A stretch of 64,000 nucleotides of DNA from the human T2T-CHM13v2.0 reference genome, Homo sapiens: the NCBI RefSeq assembly GCF_009914755.1, contig NC_060941.1; one strand, written 5' to 3'. The notes under the pieces are model-generated. The model was not told where the DNA came from, ran no database searches, and worked only from the letters and a program-made list of their open reading frames with translations. Of this stretch, positions 32,951 to 55,440 are shown in pieces (the first letter of the stretch is position 1; every line of letters begins with the position of its first letter). Both the position numbers and the translations under genes were made by a program.

Positions 32951-34368
32951 GACCTCAGAAAAACTATAAGCCCCACTGGTCCCCTTCATGCTAACTACTC
33001 CCCAGACACAAATACTCTACTTTTGCTTTTAGCTGTTTCTTCTGGTAATCACCTTCATATGTCTAAAGCACCTTCTTATATTTTTTCCAGTTTTAGATAT
33101 TACTTATTGACTCATAAGGATTTAGGAATATAGATTTCACTTTTTTATACCACCCATCCCACACACACACCTCCAGAGTTCTTCATTTCATCCTTCCAAT
33201 GTATTGATTTCACTCATTCTGGTTAAATAAATATTCAGTATTACATTAGTATAACCATGTAAACATTATAAATGGTTTTCCACATGAATTGTGATTATGT
33301 GTTCTTTCTCCTACAACTTTTTGTTTTACCTGGACTTAATAATTGCTTCGGTTTTTCATTTGCTTCACTTTCTAGGTACCTATCACTAAATCATCCCTAA
33401 AATTCTCTACCAGATCTGAAAATTCCCCTGAGTACAACTACACACATCAGATAGTCTGTCCATTTCATTTTGGGAGCATGTTATGCCCCAGGCTTGATGA
33501 TTAGCTGTTGGTCTGGAATTTCTTCCACTCTCTCCACGGTTGGAGTTCTGATTCCCAAATCTCAGGTCTCATCTTTCTCTTTCTTAGGTTACTCCTTGTT
33601 TGATAGAACATATCCCCAAATAGTTTCTTGAGAAAGAAAGCATGAGAGGCAAATTTTTTAGGCCTTATATGTCTGAAAATGAAAGCTTGGGTGGCTATAG
33701 AATCTATTGACCATCTTAATCTGTTTATTAAAAATCTTATTACAATTCTGATTTGGCCACTACACACTGTATACATGTATTAGAAAATCATTCTGTATTC
33801 TATAAGTATGTATCATTATTACTTGTCCACTAAAAATAAAAGAAATAAAATTGATTACAAAAACTTTCAAATAAATATGACAGTAGAAAGTTAATACAAT
33901 AAACATTCATGTATTTACTCCCCAGATACAACAGTTGTTGTTCTAAACAAGGTGAATAAAAATAAATCTACTCTTAGATACATTACAGGTAAAAGGCAAA
34001 GGTTGATTTCTTTGAAATCAGCAGAAGAAGATTACAAGCAAAGGAATGGCAGTTAGGCTGAAAGCAAATATATCGACAGCAATAATAGAAGTGGGTATGC
34101 AGTGGAATAATCTTCAAAGTGCTAAGAGAAAATAGCTGTTAACACGTGGAAATCAAAAGTTTTCCAGGCTTGAACTATACTTTGTTTGTTTTCTTTTTTC
34201 TAAAGTATGTTAAAGCAAATCCAAGATATCCTGTTATTTCACCATCATTCTTTAATATCTCAAAAATACAGTCATTTTCTTAATCACAATGCCTTTATCA
34301 CTCTCAATGATGTTAACAATAATTTTCCCCCATCGTTTTGGGGCCTTGCGTTTACCACTCTTGTTCAT

Positions 34369-34373
<5 letters not shown>

Positions 34374-34403
<30 letters not shown>
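34374..34403 (+). repeat. (CTG)10 trinucleotide repeat, XAF1 intron 5
   Basis: Direct reading. Confidence 0.97.
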
Positions 34404-34406
<3 letters not shown>

Positions 34407-34739
34407 GCTTCTCCCTTGTATTCTATTGGATTGAGCAAGATTTCTTTATTCTCTTTCTTCTTTCCTACTGATTCGTCAATTTTACATTTATTTCTATCAT
34501 TTCAATAGTTACCCTTAACATTTTAATATAAATACTTGACTTAATAAAGTCTAAAGTTAGTCATTATCTCTACTTTCCTTACAAATAGTATATAGATTTG
34601 AGAACATGTTAACACTGTAACTATCTTACATGAAAATGCTGCCAGAATTTTGTTTCATTTTGCTTTCATACTACCCCTCTTTACTGATTATTGTTGTTAT
34701 TTATGTAACTCATGCCTGTTTAGATATACTCACATGTTT

Positions 34740-35114
<375 letters not shown>

Positions 35115-36739
35115 TAAGCTTTCCTTCTGGGTATGATTTCTCTCTTCCTGAAATACATCTCAGTAGCTTCTTCACCAAGAACCTTGAGTAGTAAATCTTT
35201 AGTTGCCTGAAAATAAGCTTTTTGTTTTTTGCATCCATGAATGATAGTTTAGCTGGATATCAAAATCTAGATTAACAGCTATTTTCTCTTATCATTTTGA
35301 AGATTATTCCACTGCCATCCCACTTCTGTTATTGCTGTTGATGTATTTTCTTCCAGCCTAATTGCCATTCCTTTGTACGTAATCTTTATATTTGGTTGAT
35401 TTCAAGATCCTCTTTGCCTTTTACCTGTAACGTGTTTAAGAGTAGTTTTATTTTTATTCATTCTGTTCAGAACAATGTACTCAAATGTGTTTGCTTTTCT
35501 CCTGCTCAGGATTTCTCTTTCCTTAATATAAAGATTTATGTCACTAATCAGGCCTGAAAATTCTCATCTATTATCTCTTTGAATTCCCAACATTCCCCAA
35601 CTCTCCCACATTCTCTCAACTCTCCTTCTGGAACATAACACATGTATATTAAGCATTCTCATTCTAGCTTCATGACTCTCTTTTTTTTTCATGACTCTCC
35701 TTTTTTTTCATTTCTCTCTTTTAATCGCCTTATGTCTCTTAACCTTTCATATTTTCTCTATTTCTATCTCTTATATTCTGGGTAATTTCCTGAAATTATC
35801 TCCAAGTTCATTCATTCTTTCTTGGCCAAATCTAATTTTCTGTTTTTAGCCCATCCATTTAGGTTCAATACCTGCATTTTTCATGTCTAGAAGTTCAATT
35901 TATCTTTCTTTCAAATTTGCCTATTTTTGTTCTCACTACAAAAAAAAGATAGGTATGTGAAGTGATTGATATGTTAATTAACTTGATTTAATCATCCCAC
36001 AATGTATATATATATTAAAATATCACATTGTACCCCATAAATATATAAAGTTATTATTTGTTAATTACAAATTAGAAAATTTCAAATTTACCTGTTCTGT
36101 TTTTCATGAGATGTTATTCTTTTCCCAGATTTAATCATTTTTAATTAATTTATTTTACAGTCTCTATCCTATAGTTGCATTACCTGAACTTCTTGGAGGC
36201 TAATCTGACTACTTTTGTGTCTGTGACTCTTACTCAAGGTGGATTGCTTCCTTGTGTGTTTGTAATTTTGGATTGTGAGTTTCTATCTGGTGGGACTCTA
36301 CCTATGAGGATCCTCTATGACCTATTTTGAGGCTGTTGTCCCTCCAGAGGAATTTTGTGATTGCTTCTGCCAGACATCTCAATGTTTATGTTAATTCTTC
36401 TGCTCAGGGATTCCCAGACCATGAGGCCAAAGTAAATCCTAATCCCACACACAGGAATGGCATGGACCTGTGATTTTGAGTTTTCAGGGGCGTAAGTTTT
36501 CATCTCCACACTCAAATACCGACCCAAGAAAGAAAAGCTTCCTTGCCACTTTCCTTTTCTCATTAGCTGATACTTTTCCTCTTACCCACCATAATTTATC
36601 CTTTAAAGTTTCCAGCTTTATGCAGGATCAATAGAGTCTTACTTCCAAATCCCCACCTGTGTGGATGGGACTTTCCTGTCATCCAAGCCCCTAGTTACAA
36701 AGTTGACCCTACATCTCCCATAAGCAGTGTCAACTCCTG

Positions 36740-37083
36740 TGCTTAACCAGTCCATTTGTGCTGCTATAACAGGATGCCACAGACAGAGTAATAATAAAGA
36801 ACACAAATTTATTTCGAACAGTTCTGAAGACTGGGAAGTTCAAGATCAAGGCACCACCATTTGGTGTCTGGTGAGGGCCTTCTTGCTGCCTCCTAGCATG
36901 GTAGAAAGCAAAAGAGTAGAAGGCTGTAGCCAAATACTTCATGAATCCTCTTTTATAAGGACCCTAATCTCATTAAAAAGGGAGGACCTTTCATGATCTA
37001 ATCACCCCCGAAGGCCCCACCTCTTAATACCATCACATTGGCAGCACCTGAATTTTGGAGGAGACACATTCAAACCATAGCAA
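36740..37083. mobile_element. MaLR LTR (MST-like)
   Basis: AGTCCATTTGTGCTGCTATAACA...GGCCCCACCTCTTAATACCATCACATTGG...ATTCAAACCATAGCA. Confidence 0.8.
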
Positions 37084-37283
37084 CCAGTCAGACCTTCATT
37101 CCTGGAATGCAAAATTTTCTTTCTTTCCTGCAAAGCCAGCTATTAAATTGAATGTCTGTCACATTTTATACACCATATAAAAGTGTTTACAGTGGGAATT
37201 TCTTGTGTTATCTAGTCTACTGTATTTTCTGACCATTAAAGCTGAAGTCATTTTAAAATTTGATATATTATTCACAATTGCAG

Positions 37284-37625
37284 GGTAAATGTTGTCCAGA
37301 CTCAGAGTTTAAGAAACACTTTCCTGTTGGAAATCCAGAAATTCTTCCTTCATCTCTTCCAAGTCAAGCTGCTGAAAATCAAACTTCCACGATGGAGAAA
37401 GATGTTCGTCCAAAGACAAGAAGTATAAACAGATTTCCTCTTCATTCTGAAAGTTCATCAAAGAAAGCACCAAGAAGCAAAAACAAAACCTTGGATCCAC
37501 TTTTGATGTCAGAGCCCAAGCCCAGGACCAGCTCCCCTAGAGGAGATAAAGCAGCCTATGACATTCTGAGGAGATGTTCTCAGTGTGGCATCCTGCTTCC
37601 CCTGCCGATCCTAAATCAACATCAG
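37284..37625 (+). CDS. XAF1: XAF1 exon 6 (GKCCPDSEFKKHFP...RRCSQCGILLPLPILNQHQ)
   Basis: TTGCAG| acceptor, CAG|GTACTC donor; 342 nt. Confidence 0.97.
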
Positions 37626-38855
37626 GTACTCAGCCTCTGTTCTCTGCTTACCTTTCTGGGAACCATCCGCACAGTGTCTTAAAAAAATCCAAGACCTGAA
37701 AGATGTTCACAAATGTTGTGGCTGAAAAGGCCGTTTTCTCTGACTCCCACTTCTCTGGGTGCCCAAATGCACTATCTCGTAGCACTTACCACCTGGTTTA
37801 TTTGCATCACCTCCGAGAGACTGAGTCACCTTTGACTCAAGCCAGGTCTTTGAAGGTAGAGCCAGGTCCCTCTTCTCTGTGTCTCCAGCTTCTAGGCCAG
37901 GGATTGATTTGGAGCAACTGCTTCAAAACTGTTGAGTAAATGAATGAATCAGAGGATACCCAGTCTATCTCTCTCATGGTGTAGATATGGCACTGAGGCC
38001 CAGAGATGAGATGTCTTGGTCAAGATCCTAAGCCAGTTGGTGGTGGCTTACCTCCAGCAGATCAAGGTTTGCTTCAAGAAGATCAGGGTTTGTAGGCATC
38101 TCCCTGAATATCATGATTTTTATGTCCTAGGTTATTTTCTAGTAATAATAATAACTGGCATTAGAGGTTGTTAACCATTGTGTGCCAGTTACAATACAGA
38201 GCTCTTTATAATCTTCATCATAAACAATAGGCATGCATTTTATCTCCATTTTACAGATAAGGTGAAGTAGCTTTCCAAGGAGTATACAATTAGAAGGTGG
38301 CAGGATCCAGCCTGAGTCCACATGTATATAGCTCCAAAGTTTATGCTCTTAAGCTCCAGATTAAATGCCTTACTTAAAAAATTTATTTTTTTTCAAAATA
38401 CATAAGTACTAGATTTTGTTGGAGCTAGTTGATATAATATCATATAAAGAAGTATAAAAGCAAAGCTAACCCTAATTCCCCAACCCCATACCCTGAGATA
38501 CCACTTTGGACAGTCTTATGGGCATCTTTTCAAAGCTCTACCTTTGCATATACAAGCCTAAACAAGCATATACTGGGTTTTACTTGTTTCTTTTTCCACA
38601 CATATTATCTTACTATACTTTTTACTCTGCCACATGCCTTTTTCACTTAGTATATGATGCATGCTTCTTACAAAAGACTTAGTATGCCAAAACCTTTTTT
38701 TCTAACTTCCTTGTGCATCTATGTATGCACATAAGCATATAATTTTACAAAAATGGGTTCATTTCATATTTGCTGGGGGTGTTACTAGTGCCATTTTTCC
38801 TTGCCTCCCACAATTTGGTATATTTCCTTTCACAGTTTTCTCCATCCTTATATAA

Positions 38856-39014
38856 CAGAGTCGCCAGATTTAGCAAATAAAAATACAGGACATTCAGTCA
38901 AATTTGAATTTCAGAGAAACAAAGAATTGTTTTTAGTGTAGGTATATTCCATGCAATGATTGTTTTGCTAAAATTAAAATTTAACCAGGACACCCTGTAT
39001 TTTATTTAGCAATT
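38856..39014. mobile_element. MER53-like palindromic MITE
   Basis: Inverted arms GCAAATAAAAATACAGG / CCTGTATTTTATTTAGC. Confidence 0.7.
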
Positions 39015-39096
39015 TCTTATATAACCACCATACAAACATACACATTTGGAGTCCTGTTATATACATTTTTTCACTTTTTTTTTTTTGAACCAGTAA

Positions 39097-39411
<315 letters not shown>

Positions 39412-39755
39412 CAACATTTCTTTACATCCTAATGTAAATTCAGCAATACCCAAGGAAATCCCTACAAACCAAACAGTGTGGCTTATTTTTATTAATGGCT
39501 GCCTAAGATTCCATGGTGTGAGTGTTCTCCCATCTGTCCCTCCACCCAGTGATAGCAACAGGCCCCTGTTAAACTTTGTCGCAAGCCTCCTATACTTCTG
39601 GCTCAGTGGGCTCCTGACCTTTTCTATGCCATTACACTCCAGTCTTTGGGCAGGGCTCATGCTCTGTAACAAGGGACAGCAATATCCAGAGATATTCTAG
39701 GAGCTAGCACTTCTTACTTTAACCATATCAAACTTTTTTTATATCCATTTCTTAG

Positions 39756-39812
39756 GAGAAATGCCGGTGGTTAGCTTCATCAAAAGGAAAACAAGTGAGA
39801 AATTTCAGCTAG
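39756..39812 (+). CDS. XAF1: XAF1 exon 7 coding part (EKCRWLASSKGKQVRNFS*); total CDS 906 nt, 301 aa
   Basis: TTTCTTAG| acceptor, TAG at 39810-39812; exon lengths 32+136+57+196+86+342+57=906. Confidence 0.97.
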   Translation, partial: EKCRWLASSKGKQVRNFS

Positions 39813-39943
39813 ATTTGGAAAAGGAAAGGTACTACAAATTCAAAAGATTTCACTTTTAACACTGGCATTCCTGCCTACTTGCTGTGGTGGTCTTGTGAAA
39901 GGTGATGGGTTTTATTCGTTGGGCTTTAAAAGAAAAGGTTTGG

Positions 39944-42078
<2,135 letters not shown>

Positions 42079-42269
42079 AAAAGAAAAACGTTTGGATTAT
42101 TTTCCCTCTTTCGAACAAAGACATTGGTTTGCCCAAGGACTACAAATAAACCAACGGGAAAAAAGAAAGGTTCCAGTTTTGTCTGAAAATTCTGATTAAG
42201 CCTCTGGGCCCTACAGCCTGGAGAACCTGGAGAATCCTACACCCACAGAACCCGGCTTTGTCCCCAAAG

Positions 42270-42275
42270 AATAAA
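42270..42275 (+). terminator. XAF1: Probable distal XAF1 poly(A) signal AATAAA (another at 42145-42150)
   Basis: AATAAA in unique sequence after the L1, followed by a U-rich element at about 42305. Confidence 0.65.
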
Positions 42276-42519
42276 AACACCTCTCTAAAAGCTGCTCTTC
42301 CACCTTTCTTTGGGTTCCGCACTGGTTTTCCAGGGCCAGGAATGGCAGCAGCCAGGACCCCAGGATAAGGGCAGTGCCCAAGGAAAGGGGAGCAGAAGAC
42401 ATTCAGGGAGGGGGAAAGAAATGAGGCTGGGACAGTGGATAAGGGCCAGGTGAAGGGGAGAGGGGCGGCTTCTGAAGGCTTTGGGCAGGGAGAGTGGCTG
42501 GGGGAAGCCTAGTAATGCA

Positions 42520-43110
42520 ACCTATCCAGCGGCGGCTTCGGAAAAAACCCGGGGCTGGGTCAGGATGGGAAAGGCAGCGAACTGAACCGTTTTGAGCCCC
42601 AAGTTCGGGGCCGAATGCCTTCCCTGTGCGCAGAAGCAAGGGCGGGGGCGTGCCATCCTCACCCGGAGCGCCGGCCGAGCCTCCCGCCTCCCAACGCCTG
42701 GCCAGGGCCCCGTCTCGCCCTCTGCACATGGGATCCACTGACCCGGCAACTGCAGGTTTGGGGCTCTGCGACCCGGGGGCAGGAACAGAGCCTTGCAGGC
42801 GGCAGCGCGTCACAAAGGCGGCCGGAGCTTGGCATTTAGCTTGGGCCAGAGCAAGGCGCAGACCCGGGGCGCCCATGGAGTTGGCGTCGGAGCAACAGCT
42901 GCGCGGGCGGAGCAGGTAGGCGCGCTCCAGTCCCTGCAGCCCGAGCGGGGTTCAGCGAACGGGTAACGGGAGAATGCGGGCCGGAGCAGGCTGGGGTGGC
43001 GGTGGGATGCCCCGAGGCCCGCGGCGGGGAGGCGGGCTGCTCTCATCACCCCCTCTGGGAAGCATCTTTGGCTGCAGGAGTTGCCAGGCCAACTCCCCTC
43101 CCGCGGTGGG
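42520..43110. promoter_or_regulatory. FBXO39: CpG island, FBXO39 promoter and non-coding exon 1 (donor CAG|GTAGG at 42915/42916)
   Basis: Dense CpG and GC content, GC boxes, MYB-like CAACTG (42747) and TAACGG (42964). The exact TSS is not readable from sequence. Confidence 0.8.
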
Positions 43111-43730
43111 TAGGACATCTTTAGATTTCCCTCCCTGGTTGGCAGCTGTGTGATATGGTGGACCAACCCTGGGTTCGAATCCTATCTCCCCACTTACTAC
43201 ACGTTCTCCCTGGGAAACTTTATTCACCTTCCAACACCTCCGTTTCCGTATTTGTGAAATGGATGTGTTTGTATTCCTATCTTCCTTGGCGGGACGTTGC
43301 AGAAGTACCTCGGCACCAACTTTCTTATTAATGGCAGCCAGCTCTTGTATAGCGTTTACTACGTGGCAGGCACTCACTGTTCCCGGTGCTTTCCAGGTAT
43401 CAGCTCACTTAATCCTCCCAACACTAAGAGAAAGGCACTATTATTACCCCATATACAGATGTGAGGATTCACACATAAAGAAATTGACTTGCCTAAGGTC
43501 ATCCGACTGTAATGGGCATAGCTAGGATGCAGCCCACTAAGCTACACTGCCTCTGATGGGGTCTCGGGGGGTAAGGGGAGGCTCCCAGTCATTAAATAGA
43601 ATTTGGAGTCTCCTTACAGCAACTCTTCCAGACACACATATTCTTCCAACCCCACCCTTACAGCACCAGTGTCTGATGACTTTTCCTGACCTACAACCTT
43701 GCTAGGCCAAAAGGTTTCATGGAGCTTTTA

Positions 43731-44184
43731 TTTATTTATTTATTTTATTATACTTTAAGTTCTGGGATACATGTGCAGAACATGCAGGTTTGTTACATAG
43801 GTATACATGTGCCATGGTGGTTTGCTGCACCCATCAACCTGTCATCTAGGATTTAAGCCCCGCATGCATTAGGTATTTGTCCTAATGCTCTCCCTCCCCT
43901 TGCCCGCCACCCCCCGACAGGCCCCATTGTGTGATGTTCCTCTCCCTGTGTCCATGTGTTCTCATTGTTCAACTCCCACTTATGAGTGAGAACATGCAGT
44001 GTTTGATTTCCTGTTCCTGCATTAGTTTGCTGAGAATGATGGTTTCCAGCTTCATCCATGTCCCTGCAAAGGACATGAACTCATTCTTTTTTATGGCTGC
44101 ATAGTATTTCATGGTGTATATGTGCCACATTTTCTTAATCCTGTTGATCATTGATGGGCATTTGGGTTGATTCCAAGTCTTTGC
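43731..44184 (-). mobile_element. L1PA 3' end
   Basis: Reverse L1 3'UTR; TSD TTC(A/G)TGGAGCTTTTA at 43716 and 44185. Confidence 0.93.
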
Positions 44185-46441
44185 TTCGTGGAGCTTTTAA
44201 ACTGGTTTATCTCTTCTGCAGCACCTTTTAGGAGCTTTGCTTGGTGGTGAGTGCTGTGGAGATCCCTAGCCTTGGGCAGTTTGCAAGTGATTGAAGAGAC
44301 CTATTTCTTCATTTGTTAAATGTTTAAGTACCTTCTCAAAAGCAGAAGGAGGTTGTCAAGGGGTGTGTGGGTCCCTTGGGAGAGAAAGGCAAGGACACAG
44401 ATTATACAAAGAGGGGCACTGGCAAGAGGTAGCAGAAGGAGGCAAGCTAAATACGGACACAGCCATGCTGGGAACCACTAGGGCGCCACGTCATGGGCGG
44501 GACGGGCTGCTGTTCAGTCCTTTACGGAAGTCTGTTCGGATGTGGCGGTGGGAAGGCCAGCTGGAGACAGGGGCCAAATCAGTGAGTGGGTGGTGAGAGA
44601 AAGTGATGGCGTAGTGAGGACAAAGCCTGGAGAAGGTCCCTAGGGAGGCCCACAACTGTGCTTACTTGAGGATGCTCACTGCCACTGTGGTGTTGGTGGG
44701 AGCTGGAGGAGACTTGGGGTCCATCAAAGGAAAGAGGATGGGAGACAGGCAGGATACCTGCCATGGGTTCTATTCAGCTGCTAGACGCAATGGGTGAAAT
44801 GTACACAGAGCCACAGGAATAAGTCCGACAAACAGTAAGTACACATTTGGCAAGCACACATACAGACAAAAAGACACACGTCAAACACACTTGAACAGTT
44901 GCCTATGGTGGGGGCAACGGAATGGGACAGAGGGTTAAAATGGAACACATGAATAAATAAAACTAGAGAGGGGTCTTGCACAGACGAATAATGTCAGTCC
45001 TGAATTGGGAAATGTGATTCACTTGCCCCTGCACCCTTGTGGTCCAAGAGGTGGGGACAGGAAAAAAAAGTACAGAAGAAAGAGTCAAAAAGCCCAAGTT
45101 CCAGTCTGGGGCCCGATACTAACTTGCTGTGAGACTATAGGTGAGTCCCTTCACCTCTCTGGCCTTCAGTGTTCATCTGAAAAGAAATCAATTCTCAGGT
45201 CTCTTTCCAGCACCACAATTTTATGAGCCATGATCAATAATCTTGGGTTTATCTGGTAAAGTAGTCAGTGAGAGCTTTAAGGAGTGGTAGGGCTTGAACT
45301 TTGAACAATGGGGGTTTGGGAGGGACAAACAACATGAGGAGAGTTTTTAGGCAAATGAAACTTTGAAAGCAAAAAACTGTAAAAAGTTTAGCAGATGGCT
45401 ATAAAATATCTATGGATGAAGCAGGCCTTCGCTCAGATCTCTGCCGGGACTCTCTAGTTGGGTCAGAAAATTTCCAGCCTTCCCCACCTCTTCCTTCAAC
45501 AGTTACCAAATCGTGTCTTCTAAAGAACTTGCAAACACATCCCCATTCCCACCACAATGCCTGGACTCTGCTCTTGACCATCCTTCCTCTGTCCCCCAGG
45601 AGTGTCCTTTCCACACCTCAAAACTCACCACATGGCTTCCAGACATTTGACCAATCAACCTTCATGGCTCTCTGTGACCTCAGCTGGGGTTTTCCACCCT
45701 GTTCTGCTGTTACACCTCTTGAATTTTACACAACTGTCAGCAATGTAGCTAGATACAGGAAGGGGACAGGCCATGTCAGAATTCCAGAATCTTGGGGAAA
45801 GGGGAAGTGGGACTCTCTGGCCTCTAGGACATAATCTTTATCACATCACGCAGGACCCCTTGATCCAGCACTTCCCACTGCTCCCACGTGATCCAGTTCC
45901 TCCATTTCCAGCCCACTTAACAAGTTAAGTGCCAGGTGACCAAACCATTTTTAGCTCCCTGAATGGGAACACATCACATACATTCACAGTTCTGTGGCTT
46001 TGCACGTATTGTTCCCTCTGCCCAGAATGCATCAGCTCCTCATCCACTACCACTAGGCCCACCTGATCTGCCTTGCAAATCCTACTCACCCTTCAAAACC
46101 CAACTCAGACGTCGCTTCCTCTGAGCAGCCCTCTCTACTTCCAAACACTATATTTAGTCAAACAGAGTAAGTCACCCTGCATGTGTGCTACCCCACACTA
46201 TGAGTCCGCCTGAACCTTCCTGCTCTCTCACAGGGTTATAATTGAGTACTGGTCTGTATCCCTGGATAGACTGTGAAATCCTTGCAGGTGTGGACTGTGT
46301 CATGAATGTATCATTGAACCACCCACACCTGGCACAGTGCCTAATGCACTTGGGACCACAGGGAAAGCTGGTTCATTTGAGTTTAATCTCTGTTTGACAG
46401 GTAATGGCTCTTCCTTTTTATTCCCCACAGAAAGCAAGTGA

Positions 46442-47554
<1,113 letters not shown>

Positions 47555-48459
47555 TGACTGCTGTTCAGGTGACTGGCTTCCCCAGAAGAAAGCCCACTGC
47601 TGCCTGCTCTTGGCTAGGCTCCCAAATGTTCACTCAATCTCAAATTGAAGTTCTAGGAAATACCACCAACTAAGCCTCCTGCCCTCCTCCCAAGACCACA
47701 GTAGGCAACAGAAGCTGCTACTCACTTCCTACATGTGGTACAGACACAAGGAATTATCTGGTTAGCTGTCAGCCAGGGAAAACCCCTAAGTCCCCACTCA
47801 GAGCTATGAAGCCTGAGCCAGGAGGTGCCTTGCAGGCGAATAGCGGCTGGGCTGCCTCTTCCTACTTTTCCACGAGGTCACAGCAGCATGCAGGAGACCC
47901 TGTGGCTCCTATGGTCAGATCTCAGTGGGGGATCTGTCTGGTTATAGCAGTGCCAGTGCCTGGTAATTGGGGAGATAGAATGGGGAGGACCAGGCCAGAC
48001 AAAAAGTCAAATTTGATTTACACAACCGAAGAGCTCAGAGTTTCTGGGTTGTTCCCTAATCTAGTAGCTTTCTCACCTGTAAGATCAGGATCATTTTGTC
48101 TTTCCAAGGACCTCACAGTGGTTGTGACAACTGATATTAACAGGTTTATGTATCTCTACAAACATGGATGGACTCCAAGGTGCTAATACCTCATTAGGTA
48201 CCCACATAAACCAAAGGTGGGGTACGGCAGACATCATCATGACCCTTGTGTGCTGCAGAAGAACTTGAGGTTCAATGACCAGCCCACAGTCACCCAGCCA
48301 GTCCACTGCAGGGCTGGGACGAGCACCTTGTATACTCCAAGTACACTGCCTCCAAATTCCAAGTTTTGCAACCTTGGATGAGATCACCATCATTCTCAAA
48401 TCTCTTCCTCTAAGAACTACATGTCCAATGTCCCTTATCTAAAAAGCCCCCAAATTCCA

Positions 48460-53631
<5,172 letters not shown>

Positions 53632-53863
53632 TAGAGTGGGGGCATCCAGGAATGGTGCTTCTGCTCTGGAACGAAGGGCTGAATAAGGCAGTGGGGGACA
53701 ATCATCTGTTCATTGAAAATCAGCAGTTTCAAAGAAGGGAATCTGGAGCTCTCTTTTCTAGTAGTTGGGTTTGGTCTTTTTCTGATTCTGCCAACATATT
53801 TTCCTGATTCAACAACTGTATGTGTAGATCATTTAAGTTGCTGTCAAGCCCTGAAAAGTGTAG

Positions 53864-54073
<210 letters not shown>

Positions 54074-54384
54074 TGAGCACTCTACAGATGAAGAAAGCTG
54101 GGAGCACTTTGAACTTGAAAATCATTTCTCTTAGAACTACACTTGGGCACTGCCGGCCCTTTTGCTCCTCTCTCTCCCCTCCACTTTTTTTTTTTGTCAG
54201 CTCCATGACAACATGACCAGCTCAGCAAAGGCTGAGACTGCCCATGACCTGAAGGCTCCAGGTGGCTTTAAAGCGCTATGTTTACCAACTATCCCGGTGT
54301 CATTTCTCTTTTTGTCAGTTTTGCTTTTTGACACCCTCACTCATCCACAGAGCTAAAAACCCAAAGCCACTCAGAGTAGCTTCC

Positions 54385-55440
<1,056 letters not shown>

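Noticed and set aside
42403-43377. Several 97-157 aa ORFs over the CpG island
   Set aside because: Stop-codon scarcity in GC-rich DNA; no domain similarity. Only the spliced uORF is retained as a finding.
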